From Sedimentisphaerales bacterium (GTDB lineage: Bacteria > Planctomycetota > Phycisphaerae > Sedimentisphaerales > SM23-30): DNA of 64,000 nucleotides. Below are positions 31,501 to 42,332 of the stretch, one piece after another. Location of the stretch: assembly GCA_963663965.2 (NCBI GenBank), contig CAXXFK010000011.1:199667-263666 (forward strand). Direction: 5' to 3'. The notes under the pieces were generated by a model. That model was not told the DNA's origin and did not search any database. It saw only the letters and a program-made list of their open reading frames with translations. Every line of letters begins with the position of its first letter. Position 1 is the stretch's first letter. Made by a program: the position numbers and the translations under genes.

Positions 31501-31634
31501 ACTAACTCCAACCACAACAACATGCCTTGATTCGATCGGAATGACAATTCAGTCATAACCAAACAGACTCAGTCTGCCTTCATCCTGTCCAGACACATCT
31601 CTCTTCTACCCGTGATTCCCAGCTTTTTTACTGT

Positions 31635-31679
31635 TTCGATTATGACAATTATCACGATTTTTATGATTTTAACGATTAA
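31635..31679. repeat. Degenerate 9-mer tandem repeat (5 units)
   Basis: (G/A)ATT recurs at 31638, 31647, 31656, 31665, 31674. Confidence 0.55.
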
Positions 31680-31817
31680 CAACACTTTAATTCATTAGTA
31701 TGCCTAGAATAAAGAGTGCGTAAGTTTATAAATGTGAGGAATCGAACAAATGGTATTAACGTATTCCAATCGGTATTAAATCATTGTTATGCTTGAACTT
31801 TTTTAAAGGAGACTCAA

Positions 31818-33764
31818 ATGTATAAGTACATACTACTTTTATTGCTTATTCTATCACCGATCCTTATTGCCGAGGATTGCGTGATCCCTGTCCCTGGTGA
31901 TGTCAACGGCGACTGCGTGGTTGATATCAAAGACTTCGAAATCCTTTCCAAAAACTGGCTCAAAGATGGCCGCATGCCAACAGAACTGCCCATCCTGAAA
32001 ATCACGAGTTTAGGTGTATCAGAAGGTCAGGCAGAGGCCCTTGGACAGGCCCTGAAAATCCCATTAAGATACCTGGACAAATCTTCCCCTCTACTTTTCC
32101 TTGATGACGCCGGCTTCCAGAAAGTCCCAACAATTCCTCTGGACGACCCGGAACTGAAAAAACGGCTCATTGCACAATCCGAAGTCGATGGCGAATCCCC
32201 ATTAGCTTTTGACACCATCGATACCAAAGGATTACAGGAAATCGTACCTCCGCCAGACGACTGGGCTCTGAGCCGGGTGCAGGGCGTTCTGAAAGAACTC
32301 AAATTGCTGCCGGTCGAATCATCAGCGGATATCGATCATTCTACCTTTGAAGCGTTTGACCTGGTAGGCCGAACCATCATAGCGCCCGTTATGCTCGATA
32401 CGCGCGTCAACCTTCAGACCACGCTCAATGACATCCCGGTTTTGGGTCCGGGCGAACAACACAGCGTTAGTTTCGATAGTAAGGGCAATGTTACCCAATT
32501 AGTTCTCGCTCGCCGCGGCTTCACTCCCGGCGAAACGGCATTGCTGCTGCCCGCTGTCCAGGCCGCTGCCAAAGTATTTATCAATTCCAACGGCAACTTC
32601 ATTCCCGACAGCGACATCAAGCTCTGCTATTACGCTCCCCCGTTATCCAACAATAAAACCCAGACCCTGATCCCCCATTACGATATCGGCGGAACACTTT
32701 ACGGCCCCGAAGGACAGCAAGCGGCCAAACTCCGTAAACTGGTCCCCGCCATAGACAACTCCGATCTGGTCCCCAGTGTCCAGTTGTTTGCCAGCGCCAA
32801 GGGTAACGTAGTAAACGCTGCCACCGAATACTGGGGCGGTACACCGCCTTATAAATTCCAGTGGTTTTCATCCTCTGTCGATCTGAGTTATATTCCTGAT
32901 GATCAGTCTTCCATTGAATACAACGCCCTGCCCAGGTTGCAAACCGGACCGGAAGTGATCACAGTAAAGCTCACCGATCAAAACGGTGTGACAGTTGAGG
33001 CCAGCCAAACCCTGATTATTTCATTCGATGCGGCCCCCGCTCAAAGCGAACCTGTTTTAGCTAGTCCGGGGCCCACGGAACCTGATTTTGGTGTGGAACG
33101 TGGGGTATCCGACCTGTGCGGCGCCAACCAGAGTGGTTTCGTCAACCGTTTCCTTGCTGAAGGCATCTATAAACGCTTCAACTGGGGCGCCACCACCGCC
33201 TGGGAACAGGACTTTAAAAAGGTTGATGGCGTAACCTATATTGATGAAGCCGATATCGTCTTCTACTGCGGCCATGGCTACGGTGGCGGTTTCACCTTCG
33301 AAACCAATAACGACGATGGTTATCTCACCTACACCGATGCCGTGGGAGCCTGGGGAGGTAAAGACCTTGAATGGCTCACCCTGCTCTCCTGCCAGGTTTT
33401 GAGAGAAACCTATGATAGCAAGAGTTGGGCAACCCGCTGGGGTCCGGCCTTCAATGGTCTGCATCTCCTTTGCGGATTCCAGACCAGCGCCTATGACTGG
33501 CCCAATTTTGGTGGCCGGTTTGCGGATTGGACCCTCGGGCGTGATTTTATCATCATTAAACTACCCCCCATCTCCATTCGTTCGGCTTGGTTCCAGGCCA
33601 AAAAAGAAGAACAACCCAGTTCAGTGGAGGCCGTCGTTATGGGCCCCCTCGGGCCCAATAATCTGCTGGGTGGATTCTATGATTATTTCTGGGGCAAAGG
33701 ACCCGTCAGCTGCGATTTACGCGGCTCCTACATTCGTGGTTTCTGGAGGCAGGTCTATAAATAA
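31818..33764 (+). CDS. Secreted DUF6345-like protein with an N-terminal dockerin-like module
   Basis: Signal peptide; GDVNGDCVVDIKDF..NWL; C-terminal DIVFYCGHG, WGGKDLEWLTLLSCQVL, FNGLHLLCGF. Confidence 0.7.
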   Translation: MYKYILLLLLILSPILIAEDCVIPVPGDVNGDCVVDIKDFEILSKNWLKDGRMPTELPILKITSLGVSEGQAEALGQALKIPLRYLDKSSPLLFLDDAGFQKVPTIPLDDPELKKRLIAQSEVDGESPLAFDTIDTKGLQEIVPPPDDWALSRVQGVLKELKLLPVESSADIDHSTFEAFDLVGRTIIAPVMLDTRVNLQTTLNDIPVLGPGEQHSVSFDSKGNVTQLVLARRGFTPGETALLLPAVQAAAKVFINSNGNFIPDSDIKLCYYAPPLSNNKTQTLIPHYDIGGTLYGPEGQQAAKLRKLVPAIDNSDLVPSVQLFASAKGNVVNAATEYWGGTPPYKFQWFSSSVDLSYIPDDQSSIEYNALPRLQTGPEVITVKLTDQNGVTVEASQTLIISFDAAPAQSEPVLASPGPTEPDFGVERGVSDLCGANQSGFVNRFLAEGIYKRFNWGATTAWEQDFKKVDGVTYIDEADIVFYCGHGYGGGFTFETNNDDGYLTYTDAVGAWGGKDLEWLTLLSCQVLRETYDSKSWATRWGPAFNGLHLLCGFQTSAYDWPNFGGRFADWTLGRDFIIIKLPPISIRSAWFQAKKEEQPSSVEAVVMGPLGPNNLLGGFYDYFWGKGPVSCDLRGSYIRGFWRQVYK

Positions 33765-33798
33765 GCCTCATTAAAAAGGCTTGATTAACGTAGATCAC

Positions 33799-33836
33799 CA
33801 GCGGACCGGCATTTTACCGGTCCGCTGTTTTATTTT
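33799..33836 (+). terminator. Intrinsic terminator
   Basis: 11-bp stem CAGCGGACCGG/CCGGTCCGCTG plus a T tract. Confidence 0.75.
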
Positions 33837-33986
33837 TAGCCCGGATAAAGATGTTGATTTTTAGTCGGTTTTGTGCGATAATACCCGCTTTGATTGCTGC
33901 ATAACACACTAATACAAATATACTTACGCTCATCATTCTTAATTTTTAAATGATGCGGCCCAACATCTAAATGACAAGGATACAGA

Positions 33987-34334
33987 ATGGCTGGATTTGC
34001 AGACTTCGCCAATATTTTAACTAAATTCTCCGACATTCAGAACAACATGAAGGCCATGCAGGAAAAACTCGGCCAGAAAGTGGTTGAAGGTGCCAGCGGC
34101 GGCGGCATGGTCACCGCGAAAATCAATGGCCGGTTCGAAGTACTCGAAATTAAAATCGACCGAGAAGCCGTCGACCCCAACGATCTCGAAATGCTCGAAG
34201 ACCTGGTCAAAGCCGCCGTGAATGCCGCCGTTTTAAAAAACCAGGAAGAAATGAAACAGGAAATGGCCAACGCCACTGCTGGCCTCAATATTCCCGGACT
34301 TTCTGATAAACTAGGCTCCATGCTGGGACTCTGA
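33987..34334 (+). CDS. ybaB: YbaB/EbfC nucleoid-associated protein
   Basis: VEGASGGGMV, DLEMLEDLVKAAVN; adjacent to recR. Confidence 0.93.
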   Translation: MAGFADFANILTKFSDIQNNMKAMQEKLGQKVVEGASGGGMVTAKINGRFEVLEIKIDREAVDPNDLEMLEDLVKAAVNAAVLKNQEEMKQEMANATAGLNIPGLSDKLGSMLGL

Positions 34335-34939
34335 TGAACAAGGCTTATACAGACAGTATTATCAAATTAATGGAAGAATTTGGCAAACTGCCCGGAATCG
34401 GCAAACGAACAGCCGAACGCCTGGCTTACCACATTCTGAAAACTCCCGCTGAAGAAGCCATGAATCTCGCCCGGGCCATTCATGAAGTGAAAACAAAAAT
34501 CAAACACTGTAAACGCTGTTACAATCTCAGCGAACAGGATCTCTGTCGCATCTGCCAGGATACCAATCGGGACCATACCATCATTTGCGTGGTCGAGCAA
34601 CATAAAGACATGATCTGCCTGGAAGAGACGAACCAGTGCCGCTGGGTTTATCATGTCCTCATGGGCCATATCGCTCCCCTGGAAGGCATCTCTCCAGACG
34701 ACCTGACCATTAACGCGCTGATCAAAAGGGTCGACACAGAAGGAATTAAAGAAATTGTAATGGCCACCAATCCCAATCTGGATGGCGATGGCACTGCGCT
34801 TTATATCAGTTCCTTACTCAGTACCAGAAATGTCAAAATCACTCGGTTAGCTAGAGGCCTGCCCAGTGGCGGCAGTATCGAATTCGCTAATAAAAATGTA
34901 TTAATTGACGCCATTAACGGCAGAGTGGCAATGGAATAA
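34334..34939 (+). CDS. recR: Recombination mediator RecR
   Basis: LPGIGKRTAERLA, C4 zinc finger, Toprim ATNPNLDGD, TRLARGLP.G. Confidence 0.96.
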   Translation: MNKAYTDSIIKLMEEFGKLPGIGKRTAERLAYHILKTPAEEAMNLARAIHEVKTKIKHCKRCYNLSEQDLCRICQDTNRDHTIICVVEQHKDMICLEETNQCRWVYHVLMGHIAPLEGISPDDLTINALIKRVDTEGIKEIVMATNPNLDGDGTALYISSLLSTRNVKITRLARGLPSGGSIEFANKNVLIDAINGRVAME

Positions 34940-35163
34940 TCTTGCATATTTATTTAAATAATCGTATAGAATAAAACAACTTAACGATTATAATGCCTGT
35001 ATCGATTAAATCGTATGGCATAATCAGCTAAAGTAATCGCAGACATTTGTAAAAAATTCGGATTATTCAGGGTGGAAATGACTAGTGATAAATAGTAAGA
35101 ATAATTAGTGGCGTTTTAATTAGTTATAATTCAACCTGACTTTAAATTAATAAGAGAATATTC

Positions 35164-36645
35164 ATGAGACTGGACATATCCCAACAGATGAAAATGGATC
35201 AGCGGATGATGCTGGCCCCGAGGATGATCCAGTCCATGGAAATCCTTCAACTTCCCATCCTCGCTCTGCAGGAACGCATCGAACAGGAACTGCTCTCCAA
35301 CCCCACGCTGGAACTCGAAGAACCCAACCTGGATGAAGATGCCGCTTCCGAAACCCAGGTTTCCGATGAAGAAATCCCTTATTCGGAACGGACTCTGACT
35401 CTCAACGAAGATAAAAATAAATCTGAAGACTTCGCCCGGCTGGAAGAACAGGATTATGATTACGCCGACTACATGAATCGGGCTGACTATGTCAGACGCA
35501 CCAACGATGACGGTGAACCGGATCGCAAGCTCGAAGCCATGCAGAACACCGCGGCGCCTGCCCAAACCCTTAATGAATACCTGCATGACCAGTGGTTGCT
35601 GGTTGAATGTGAACCTGTTATTAATCGTATTGGGAAGGCCATAATCGATCTGATTAACGATGATGGCTATCTCTCGATCAATCTGAATGATATCAGGGAT
35701 TTTGTTCAGGAATCTGTCACCGACGATCAACTCGAAGAAGCCTTGGGACTGGTTCAAACACTGGATCCAACCGGAGTTGGCGCTCGCGATCTGACTGAAT
35801 GCATGCTGATGCAGCTTCAGGAACATGAGGGAGAAGATATCAATCTGGCTCGAGATCTGATTTTACGGCACCTGAAGGACATCGAAGGCAACCGTTATCC
35901 ATTAATCGTTAAAAAATCAGGATATTCGATTGAAGAAATCCTGCGAGGCGTCAAGATCATTTCCCGTCTTGATCCCCGCCCCGGTTTACAGTACGGCACG
36001 CCCAATATTAATTATATTATCCCCGATATCATTGTCGAATATGACGAAGACAACGATCTTTATACGGCGCACCTCGCTGACGAAACCGTTCCTACCCTGA
36101 GAATCAATTCCGATTACGCCGGCATGGCCCGCAATCGCCAGATCGACACCAAAACACGGGATTTTCTCAAAAACAATATCCAATCGGCACGCTGGCTCAT
36201 CGAATCAATTCAGCAACGCAAACAAACTCTCTTGAACGTCGTTCAGCAGGTTCTGTTCACCCAGCGTGAGTTCTTCGACAAAGGCGCCCAGGCCCTCAAA
36301 CCCCTGCCCATGGTGGAAGTGGCCGAGAAGCTCGGCATCCATGTGACAACGGTCTCGCGCGCCGTATCCGGAAAATACATGCAAACCCCAACTGGCATTT
36401 ACCCGCTTAAGTTCTTTTTCAGCGGCGGCACCGAAAATGCCTCTGGCGACGCCGTCAGTTGGGATGCGATCAAAGCCAAGTTGCAGGAAATCGTAGACAA
36501 CGAAGACAAAAAAAAACCCTTCAGCGATGATGAACTTGTTGAAGAATTGAAAAAAAATGGCCTCGAAGTAGCCCGCCGCACTGTCGCCAAATACCGTAAT
36601 GTCCTCAAAATCCCCACCGCCCGTCAGCGAAAACAGTTCATTTAA
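35164..36645 (+). CDS. rpoN: RNA polymerase sigma-54 factor
   Basis: Q/L-rich region I, DPTGVGARDL.ECML, RpoN box ARRTVAKYR. Confidence 0.97.
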   Translation: MRLDISQQMKMDQRMMLAPRMIQSMEILQLPILALQERIEQELLSNPTLELEEPNLDEDAASETQVSDEEIPYSERTLTLNEDKNKSEDFARLEEQDYDYADYMNRADYVRRTNDDGEPDRKLEAMQNTAAPAQTLNEYLHDQWLLVECEPVINRIGKAIIDLINDDGYLSINLNDIRDFVQESVTDDQLEEALGLVQTLDPTGVGARDLTECMLMQLQEHEGEDINLARDLILRHLKDIEGNRYPLIVKKSGYSIEEILRGVKIISRLDPRPGLQYGTPNINYIIPDIIVEYDEDNDLYTAHLADETVPTLRINSDYAGMARNRQIDTKTRDFLKNNIQSARWLIESIQQRKQTLLNVVQQVLFTQREFFDKGAQALKPLPMVEVAEKLGIHVTTVSRAVSGKYMQTPTGIYPLKFFFSGGTENASGDAVSWDAIKAKLQEIVDNEDKKKPFSDDELVEELKKNGLEVARRTVAKYRNVLKIPTARQRKQFI

Positions 36646-36758
36646 CACGACCAGCCGGGACTGGCCAATAGAAAATCCCCACATGACCGAAGCCATGTAG
36701 GGATTGATGATTGGACAATATCGATTAAAGAAAATCAAAGCAGGATCGAATTTCGAAA

Positions 36759-38213
36759 CTAATTTGATTCTTTCGCCAGCTTTAGACTTTCGGTCGTCAA
36801 TGCATATCGGGTTTTCATATTTGGCACTTCCCAATCCGGTAGTTTTCCATCGACCAGATATTTCATGAACCGCTCAGTAACCTCACCAAAGTGAGCTTCA
36901 TGTCCGACGCGATATTTATCAGGTACCGTGATCCACCAGCGTTCCCCCTGTTTTTCCAGGGCGATACCGGACCATTCCTTAGCCATGTCATCAACCGCTT
37001 TCTTCAGTGCTGCTTCCCACGCGGCATCCGGCGCCTTGGCTTCTACATACAGCTCAGGCCGGTAATCCTGATCAGCGCCCTGTTCGATAACAATATCAGC
37101 CTTGGAGCCTTTAAATATAGCGTAATGTGTATCTTTGGCGCCTTCCGGTGCTTTGTAATTCCACAACACTTTGGCGCAAGCATTAATCCCTTTGATCGTA
37201 TAATTGATCTGGCCATTGGCATAACACAACAGATTCCCCTGATCATCTAAATTCCCCTTGAGATAATCCGGAAAATCATCCAGATGTGTCACCACACAGT
37301 ATTCTTCTTTGCTCATCACTGTCGGCCAGCGCTTTGCTGCGACCAGTTTAATATCTTTGTCGTACGAAACGGCCTGATCTGGCAGCAAGCCCCAGGAAAT
37401 CAGGTCAACCAGATGATTGGTAACGTCGACAATGCCTTCACCTTGTTGAGTGGTGTCAAAAAACCACCCGGGACGTTTCAAGGCGCTGCCGGCAACAAAT
37501 TTAAAGAAGTGATGCACGCTCTCATTCACAATCGCCGGTTCTCCCGGTGTGCCGGTTAACTGCTCACCAAAAACCTCTGGCATATGGACCAGTTCACGCT
37601 GCAAAACCGAGGTAATTTCACTGCGTTCGGTCATAATATCATAAATCAAAACGCCTTTTTTCTTCGCGATATCAAAAGCTTCCAACAAAGTCTGATACCC
37701 ATCGGCGTCGATACACATCGGCTTGTCGGCCAGCACATTAAATCCTGCTTCCACACAAGCCTTGATATAATCCGCTTTTTTGAGGTTGTTTCCGGATATC
37801 ACCACCACATTTCCTTTTTTCTCGGCGATCATCTTTTCCAGATAATCTTCCCCGGTATAAACAACCTCATTCCATTGCGTCGGATTTTCATCACGGGTAT
37901 TAAATCCTTCGATTCGCTTTAAATGATCTTCAACATCGGCGCCCGCCGGGGCATAAACATGCACGGTTGGATCAACCTGATCATACATGAACTTTTGCAC
38001 CAGGGCCGCGTGAAAATGCCCCGGATCCAGTGTCAGAATTTTAACCTCACCCTTTGCCCCCGTGAATTTCCCGCCACTGGCTCCCTGTGAGGATGCTTTA
38101 TTGGGACAAGTTTCATCGTTACAGGAACTGCAGCCAGTATCCGAATCACAACCTGTTAAGAACATGAATAAAAAAATGAGAGATATTAAAAGAACCATAA
38201 CTTTCATTAGCAT
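36759..38213 (-). CDS. Putative oxidoreductase lipoprotein (Gfo/Idh/MocA-like)
   Basis: Lipobox LTGC; LDPGHFHAALVQK, VLADKPM, GHEAHF. Confidence 0.75.
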   Translation of the reverse strand: MLMKVMVLLISLIFLFMFLTGCDSDTGCSSCNDETCPNKASSQGASGGKFTGAKGEVKILTLDPGHFHAALVQKFMYDQVDPTVHVYAPAGADVEDHLKRIEGFNTRDENPTQWNEVVYTGEDYLEKMIAEKKGNVVVISGNNLKKADYIKACVEAGFNVLADKPMCIDADGYQTLLEAFDIAKKKGVLIYDIMTERSEITSVLQRELVHMPEVFGEQLTGTPGEPAIVNESVHHFFKFVAGSALKRPGWFFDTTQQGEGIVDVTNHLVDLISWGLLPDQAVSYDKDIKLVAAKRWPTVMSKEEYCVVTHLDDFPDYLKGNLDDQGNLLCYANGQINYTIKGINACAKVLWNYKAPEGAKDTHYAIFKGSKADIVIEQGADQDYRPELYVEAKAPDAAWEAALKKAVDDMAKEWSGIALEKQGERWWITVPDKYRVGHEAHFGEVTERFMKYLVDGKLPDWEVPNMKTRYALTTESLKLAKESN

Positions 38214-38231
38214 AACTCCTGTATTGTTATA

Positions 38232-39077
38232 TTAGAGCAAACAATCGATAGCGCCACGTGCGTATCCAACCGACTCAGCCAGACCGGGCAGTGGATTTTT
38301 GCCATCTTTTTCGTATTCAAACGACGCCTTGCCACTGTATTTGATCTGCAACAATGCCTTGAAGACTTTGGGCAAATCGATTACACCTCGTCCCATCTCA
38401 ACGGTCGACCCAGAGCCTTCCGCCTTGCTGACATCCTTCAGATGCAGATCCAGCACCCGCTCCTTATATCTGATTATATCCTCCGCCGGATCAATCCCGC
38501 TTCGCATGGTATGGCCAATGTCCATGCATATGCCAATCCGGCCATCCCGACCGTCAATCTTCTCCATAATGGATTGCGGAGTCGGATACAACTTGTCACC
38601 AGGACCGTGATTATGAATGGCAACCTTAATATTGGTTTCTTTCACTTTTCGTTCCACCAGATCCAGTAATTCATGATTTGGAACACCGATAATGGTTTCG
38701 AAACCGGCCGCTTTCGCGTAATCGAACGCCTGCAAGACTTGCGCTTCATCCTTCATATAGATTACACCGCCACCATAAACATGAATCCCGGCCTCGCCGG
38801 CTTGTTCGATCACTTTCGATATCTGCTCTGGGCGACTTTCCAGCGGTAAATGCATACTCTTAAAAGATATTTCCTTAATCCCCACCTGCTTGGTCATTGC
38901 CAGTGTCTGAGTTAAATCAAAACTCCGGAAAGTATACGAAGCGATACCCAATTCAAAAGGCGCTTTTTTTACTTTTTTATTGGGATTCACCTGAGAGAAC
39001 AACGTTTGATTCAGACTGGCAACCCCCATTGCTGCCATTCCAGTCATTGCGAGAAAATTTCTTCTATTCTGTTTCAT
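38232..39077 (-). CDS. Tat-exported sugar phosphate isomerase/epimerase (xylose-isomerase-like TIM barrel)
   Basis: NRRNFL Tat motif; IHNHGP, DIGH, HLKD, SFEYE. Confidence 0.85.
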   Translation of the reverse strand: MKQNRRNFLAMTGMAAMGVASLNQTLFSQVNPNKKVKKAPFELGIASYTFRSFDLTQTLAMTKQVGIKEISFKSMHLPLESRPEQISKVIEQAGEAGIHVYGGGVIYMKDEAQVLQAFDYAKAAGFETIIGVPNHELLDLVERKVKETNIKVAIHNHGPGDKLYPTPQSIMEKIDGRDGRIGICMDIGHTMRSGIDPAEDIIRYKERVLDLHLKDVSKAEGSGSTVEMGRGVIDLPKVFKALLQIKYSGKASFEYEKDGKNPLPGLAESVGYARGAIDCLL

Positions 39078-39434
39078 ACATTAGTTCCTTATTGAAGTAA
39101 TAGATTTGTTTTCAATCCCGTTATAACTATATAAAGGCCATGAAACAATAAATATTTGAAAAATAATATCTCATGTCTTGAGCAATTATCAACTAATTGG
39201 TATAATATGTCAATCATTATTATGATGTTTGAACAGCTCTCTACGGAAAAACGGCATAAGATATTACACAGTATAAGCTTATAACTGACAATTGCATTGA
39301 TTATTGCATGATTAATTTGTTTTCCGTATCCGCCAAATTCGGCCAAAGAGATAGAAAATTTGACAAAATATAGTATGGCGTTTTTCAGAGGATAATGGTT
39401 TTTTACCCACCAGTCTTAATCAGGAGACAAAATA

Positions 39435-40886
39435 ATGACTAATGAAACCAGTAAACCAAATCGACGGGAATTTATGGCAGATAGCGGCAAGGTCGCGGCA
39501 GGAATGATCGCTGCTGGCGCCTTTGCCACGGAAGCCCTTAAATCCACTGCTTCAGCGGCTTCCTATGGAAAGATTATTGGCGCGAATGATACCATCAATA
39601 TGGCCATAGCCGGCATTCGCAGCCGTGGCAGCAATCATATCGATTCTTTTTCCGGTATGAAAAACGTAAAAATAAAAGCGCTCTGCGATGTGGACGAAAA
39701 CGTACTGAACAACAGGGCGGCTAATCTCGAAAAGAAAAAAGGCTATAAACCGGAAACCTATTGGGATTTCCGAGAAATGCTGAAAGACAAGGATATTGAT
39801 GCCGTTTCTCTGGCTACCCCAAATTTCTGGCATGCATTAGGAACCGTCTGGGCTTGCCAGGCTGGCAAACACGTCTATGTCGAAAAACCTTGCTGCCATA
39901 ACGTCTTCGAAGGCCGCAAAATGGTGGAAGCTGCCCGTAAATATAAATGCCTGGTACAGGTAGGTTTCCAGAACCGTTCCATCAAAAATGTTCGGGCGGC
40001 CATGAAATTCCTCCAGGATGGCGGTATCGGCGATGTCTATATGGCGCGTGGATTATGCTATAAATCCCGCATGAGCATCGGAAAACCCAAAGATGGAATC
40101 GGAACTGGACCGGAATACGATTATTTCGCATTTAACCGTCCAGGCGAAAAATATACCCAGGAATACATGGACAAAGTACATTATAACGATTGGATTGGCC
40201 CTGCCCGGGTACGTCCTTTCAATTATAATCGTTTCCATTACAACTGGCACTGGCAATGGGAATACGGCAGCGGCGATATCGGCAACCAGGGCCCCCACCA
40301 ATGGGATGTGGCGCGCTGGGGCCTGGGTGCCAACGAACACCCGGTCAAAGTCAGTTCCATGGGCGGTTTCTTCGTATGGAAAGATTCAGCCCAGGAAACA
40401 CCCAATACCCAATCTGCCACGGTTGAATACGCTGACGGCCGGGTCATCGAATTTGAAGTACGCGGTGTTTATACCAATCCTGAAGAAGGCATCACCGTTG
40501 GCAACTTCTTCTACGGCACCAAAGGATGGATGCATCTGGATGGCAGCAAATGGAGCACCTATTTCGGTTATAAAAATGAACCTGGCCCAACCTCATCCGA
40601 ATCAGGAGAATTTGCCGATCCCAATGATCCGGCCGGCGCCGGCGGCGGCGGGCATTTCGAAAACTTCATTGCCGCCCTGCGCAATAACGATATCAATAAT
40701 CTCTCCTGCGATATCGAAGAAGGCTACCTCTCTTCAGCGTTGCCCTTGCTGGCCAACGCCTCCTACCGTCTGGGCCGTACCCTCTATTTTGATGGCAAAA
40801 AAGAAAAATTCATCAAAGATCCCGAAGCCGACAAGCTCATCACCCGCGAATATCGCAAACCCTACGTGGTTCCAGAATCGGTCTAA
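39435..40886 (+). CDS. Tat-exported Gfo/Idh/MocA oxidoreductase
   Basis: NRREFM; ALCDVD, ATPNFWH, GKHVYVEKP, GDIGNQGPH. Confidence 0.9.
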   Translation: MTNETSKPNRREFMADSGKVAAGMIAAGAFATEALKSTASAASYGKIIGANDTINMAIAGIRSRGSNHIDSFSGMKNVKIKALCDVDENVLNNRAANLEKKKGYKPETYWDFREMLKDKDIDAVSLATPNFWHALGTVWACQAGKHVYVEKPCCHNVFEGRKMVEAARKYKCLVQVGFQNRSIKNVRAAMKFLQDGGIGDVYMARGLCYKSRMSIGKPKDGIGTGPEYDYFAFNRPGEKYTQEYMDKVHYNDWIGPARVRPFNYNRFHYNWHWQWEYGSGDIGNQGPHQWDVARWGLGANEHPVKVSSMGGFFVWKDSAQETPNTQSATVEYADGRVIEFEVRGVYTNPEEGITVGNFFYGTKGWMHLDGSKWSTYFGYKNEPGPTSSESGEFADPNDPAGAGGGGHFENFIAALRNNDINNLSCDIEEGYLSSALPLLANASYRLGRTLYFDGKKEKFIKDPEADKLITREYRKPYVVPESV

Positions 40887-40909
40887 TGACGCCTAAATCA
40901 AAATCTCCG

Positions 40910-40938
40910 GGGCAGGTTACTCAACCTGCCCTTTTTTT
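40910..40938 (+). terminator. Intrinsic terminator
   Basis: GGGCAGGTT/AACCTGCCC plus T7. Confidence 0.8.
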
Positions 40939-41332
40939 ATTCTTCTATTTCCGCTTTAACGGTCAGCACCGGCAAGCCTGATTCTGCCCGCAACTTATTA
41001 TCTTTACGGATATGGCTTTCGAACACCCCCTCCGGGGGACGTTGCAGTTTCCCATCTGCAAATAATATATTTCGGCGCCCCTTATGAACCGGTTGCTTAT
41101 CGTACGCAATCACCATCTCACGCGGAATTCCTGTATACAAACCTTCTCCACGATAATAATAGGGACACTCCCCCACCGCGAATGGACTCACCGGACACAC
41201 CAGATCCCAGGCGGAAATATAATCTCGATCCACCAATTCCTGCAAAGTTGCCGGATATCTGTCTTCATTTTCCTTGAGATAACGTTTTAAAGCCTCACCG
41301 ATCCGGGCGAGATTTTCATCACAGTGTGACAT
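40937..41332 (-). CDS. Small H-X9-DG domain protein lacking a prepilin N-terminus
   Basis: C..NL..IG.AL..Y start, LVCP, HKGRRNILFADG. Confidence 0.7.
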   Translation of the reverse strand: MSHCDENLARIGEALKRYLKENEDRYPATLQELVDRDYISAWDLVCPVSPFAVGECPYYYRGEGLYTGIPREMVIAYDKQPVHKGRRNILFADGKLQRPPEGVFESHIRKDNKLRAESGLPVLTVKAEIEE

Positions 41333-41335
41333 GAT

Positions 41336-41908
41336 TCAATCCTGAACATCATCCTGATTAAGAGCGCCTTTTTTCGACTGCCGTTTCCGCGCGAAATAAT
41401 CCTGCAAGAGCAGCTTGCACGGCTCTTCCAGAAAATGACTGACCACCTCAATGCGATGGTTCTGTCGACTATCGCTGACTATATTATATAGTGATTCACA
41501 CCCCCCAGTCTTGGGCTCAACCGGCCCATAGACCAACCGATCGATGCGAGACAAAACCAACGCCCCGGCACACATCGCGCACGGCTCCAGCGTCACATAC
41601 ATTGTACAATCGTGCAGACGCCAGTTCCCGACATACTCCGATGCCTGGGTAATGGCGATCATCTCGGCATGTGCAGTCGGATCATTCAGGGTATGGCGCT
41701 GATTATGAGCGCGGGCAATAATTTTATTCTGATGAACGATCACCGCCCCCACCGGTACCTCATCCGCTTCAGCGGCCGCCATCGCCTCTTTTAATGCTTC
41801 AATCATATACCGGGCATGCAAAGCCTCTTCGTCTGGCAGTTCATCCTGATAGATCCGTTCCCTAACAGCATGCAAGTCAAAACTCATCGTAGTGGAATAT
41901 CCTGTCAA
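41336..41908 (-). CDS. tadA: tRNA adenosine(34) deaminase
   Basis: EVPVGAVIV, DPTAHAE, TLEPCAMCAGA; start at 41908 or 41887. Confidence 0.9.
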   Translation of the reverse strand: MTGYSTTMSFDLHAVRERIYQDELPDEEALHARYMIEALKEAMAAAEADEVPVGAVIVHQNKIIARAHNQRHTLNDPTAHAEMIAITQASEYVGNWRLHDCTMYVTLEPCAMCAGALVLSRIDRLVYGPVEPKTGGCESLYNIVSDSRQNHRIEVVSHFLEEPCKLLLQDYFARKRQSKKGALNQDDVQD

Positions 41909-42330
41909 AATTGATGTTCGCAGCGTTTAGGATCTGGCTCAATATCGGACCGGTCATGCCAGTAAGTTTCAGCCGATGGATCCAGCCGGTCATCCAGAAA
42001 TCGTTTGCCCGTCAGCGCCGCCAGAAAATGGATCGGGGTAAAAACCAGGTAAAACAACAGCCACAAAATCACCCGGGTCATCACAAAACCCATCACCACG
42101 GCAAATGTCATCCATACCTTCTGCAACGGCAACAAGGCCCGTGGCGCCAGCAATCCCCCCGCCAGAAAAATTCCTCCCACTATCAACAGCCAGTTATTCG
42201 CCGTCGGCCAAATCCATTCCTTCTTCCACCAGACGATCAAACAGATCACTGCTAGCGCGCCCGCCATCACATAACCAAAACTGCGCAGATCCTTAATTTC
42301 GCTTTTTATCGCCTTAATTTCGTCAAGCAT
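41905..42330 (-). CDS. SxtJ-family membrane protein
   Basis: LRSFG..WM.FA..MG.VMTRVIL..LFYLVFTPI..YW..QF pattern; follows the carbamoyltransferase. Confidence 0.75.
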   Translation of the reverse strand: MLDEIKAIKSEIKDLRSFGYVMAGALAVICLIVWWKKEWIWPTANNWLLIVGGIFLAGGLLAPRALLPLQKVWMTFAVVMGFVMTRVILWLLFYLVFTPIHFLAALTGKRFLDDRLDPSAETYWHDRSDIEPDPKRCEHQF

Positions 42331-42332
42331 AA

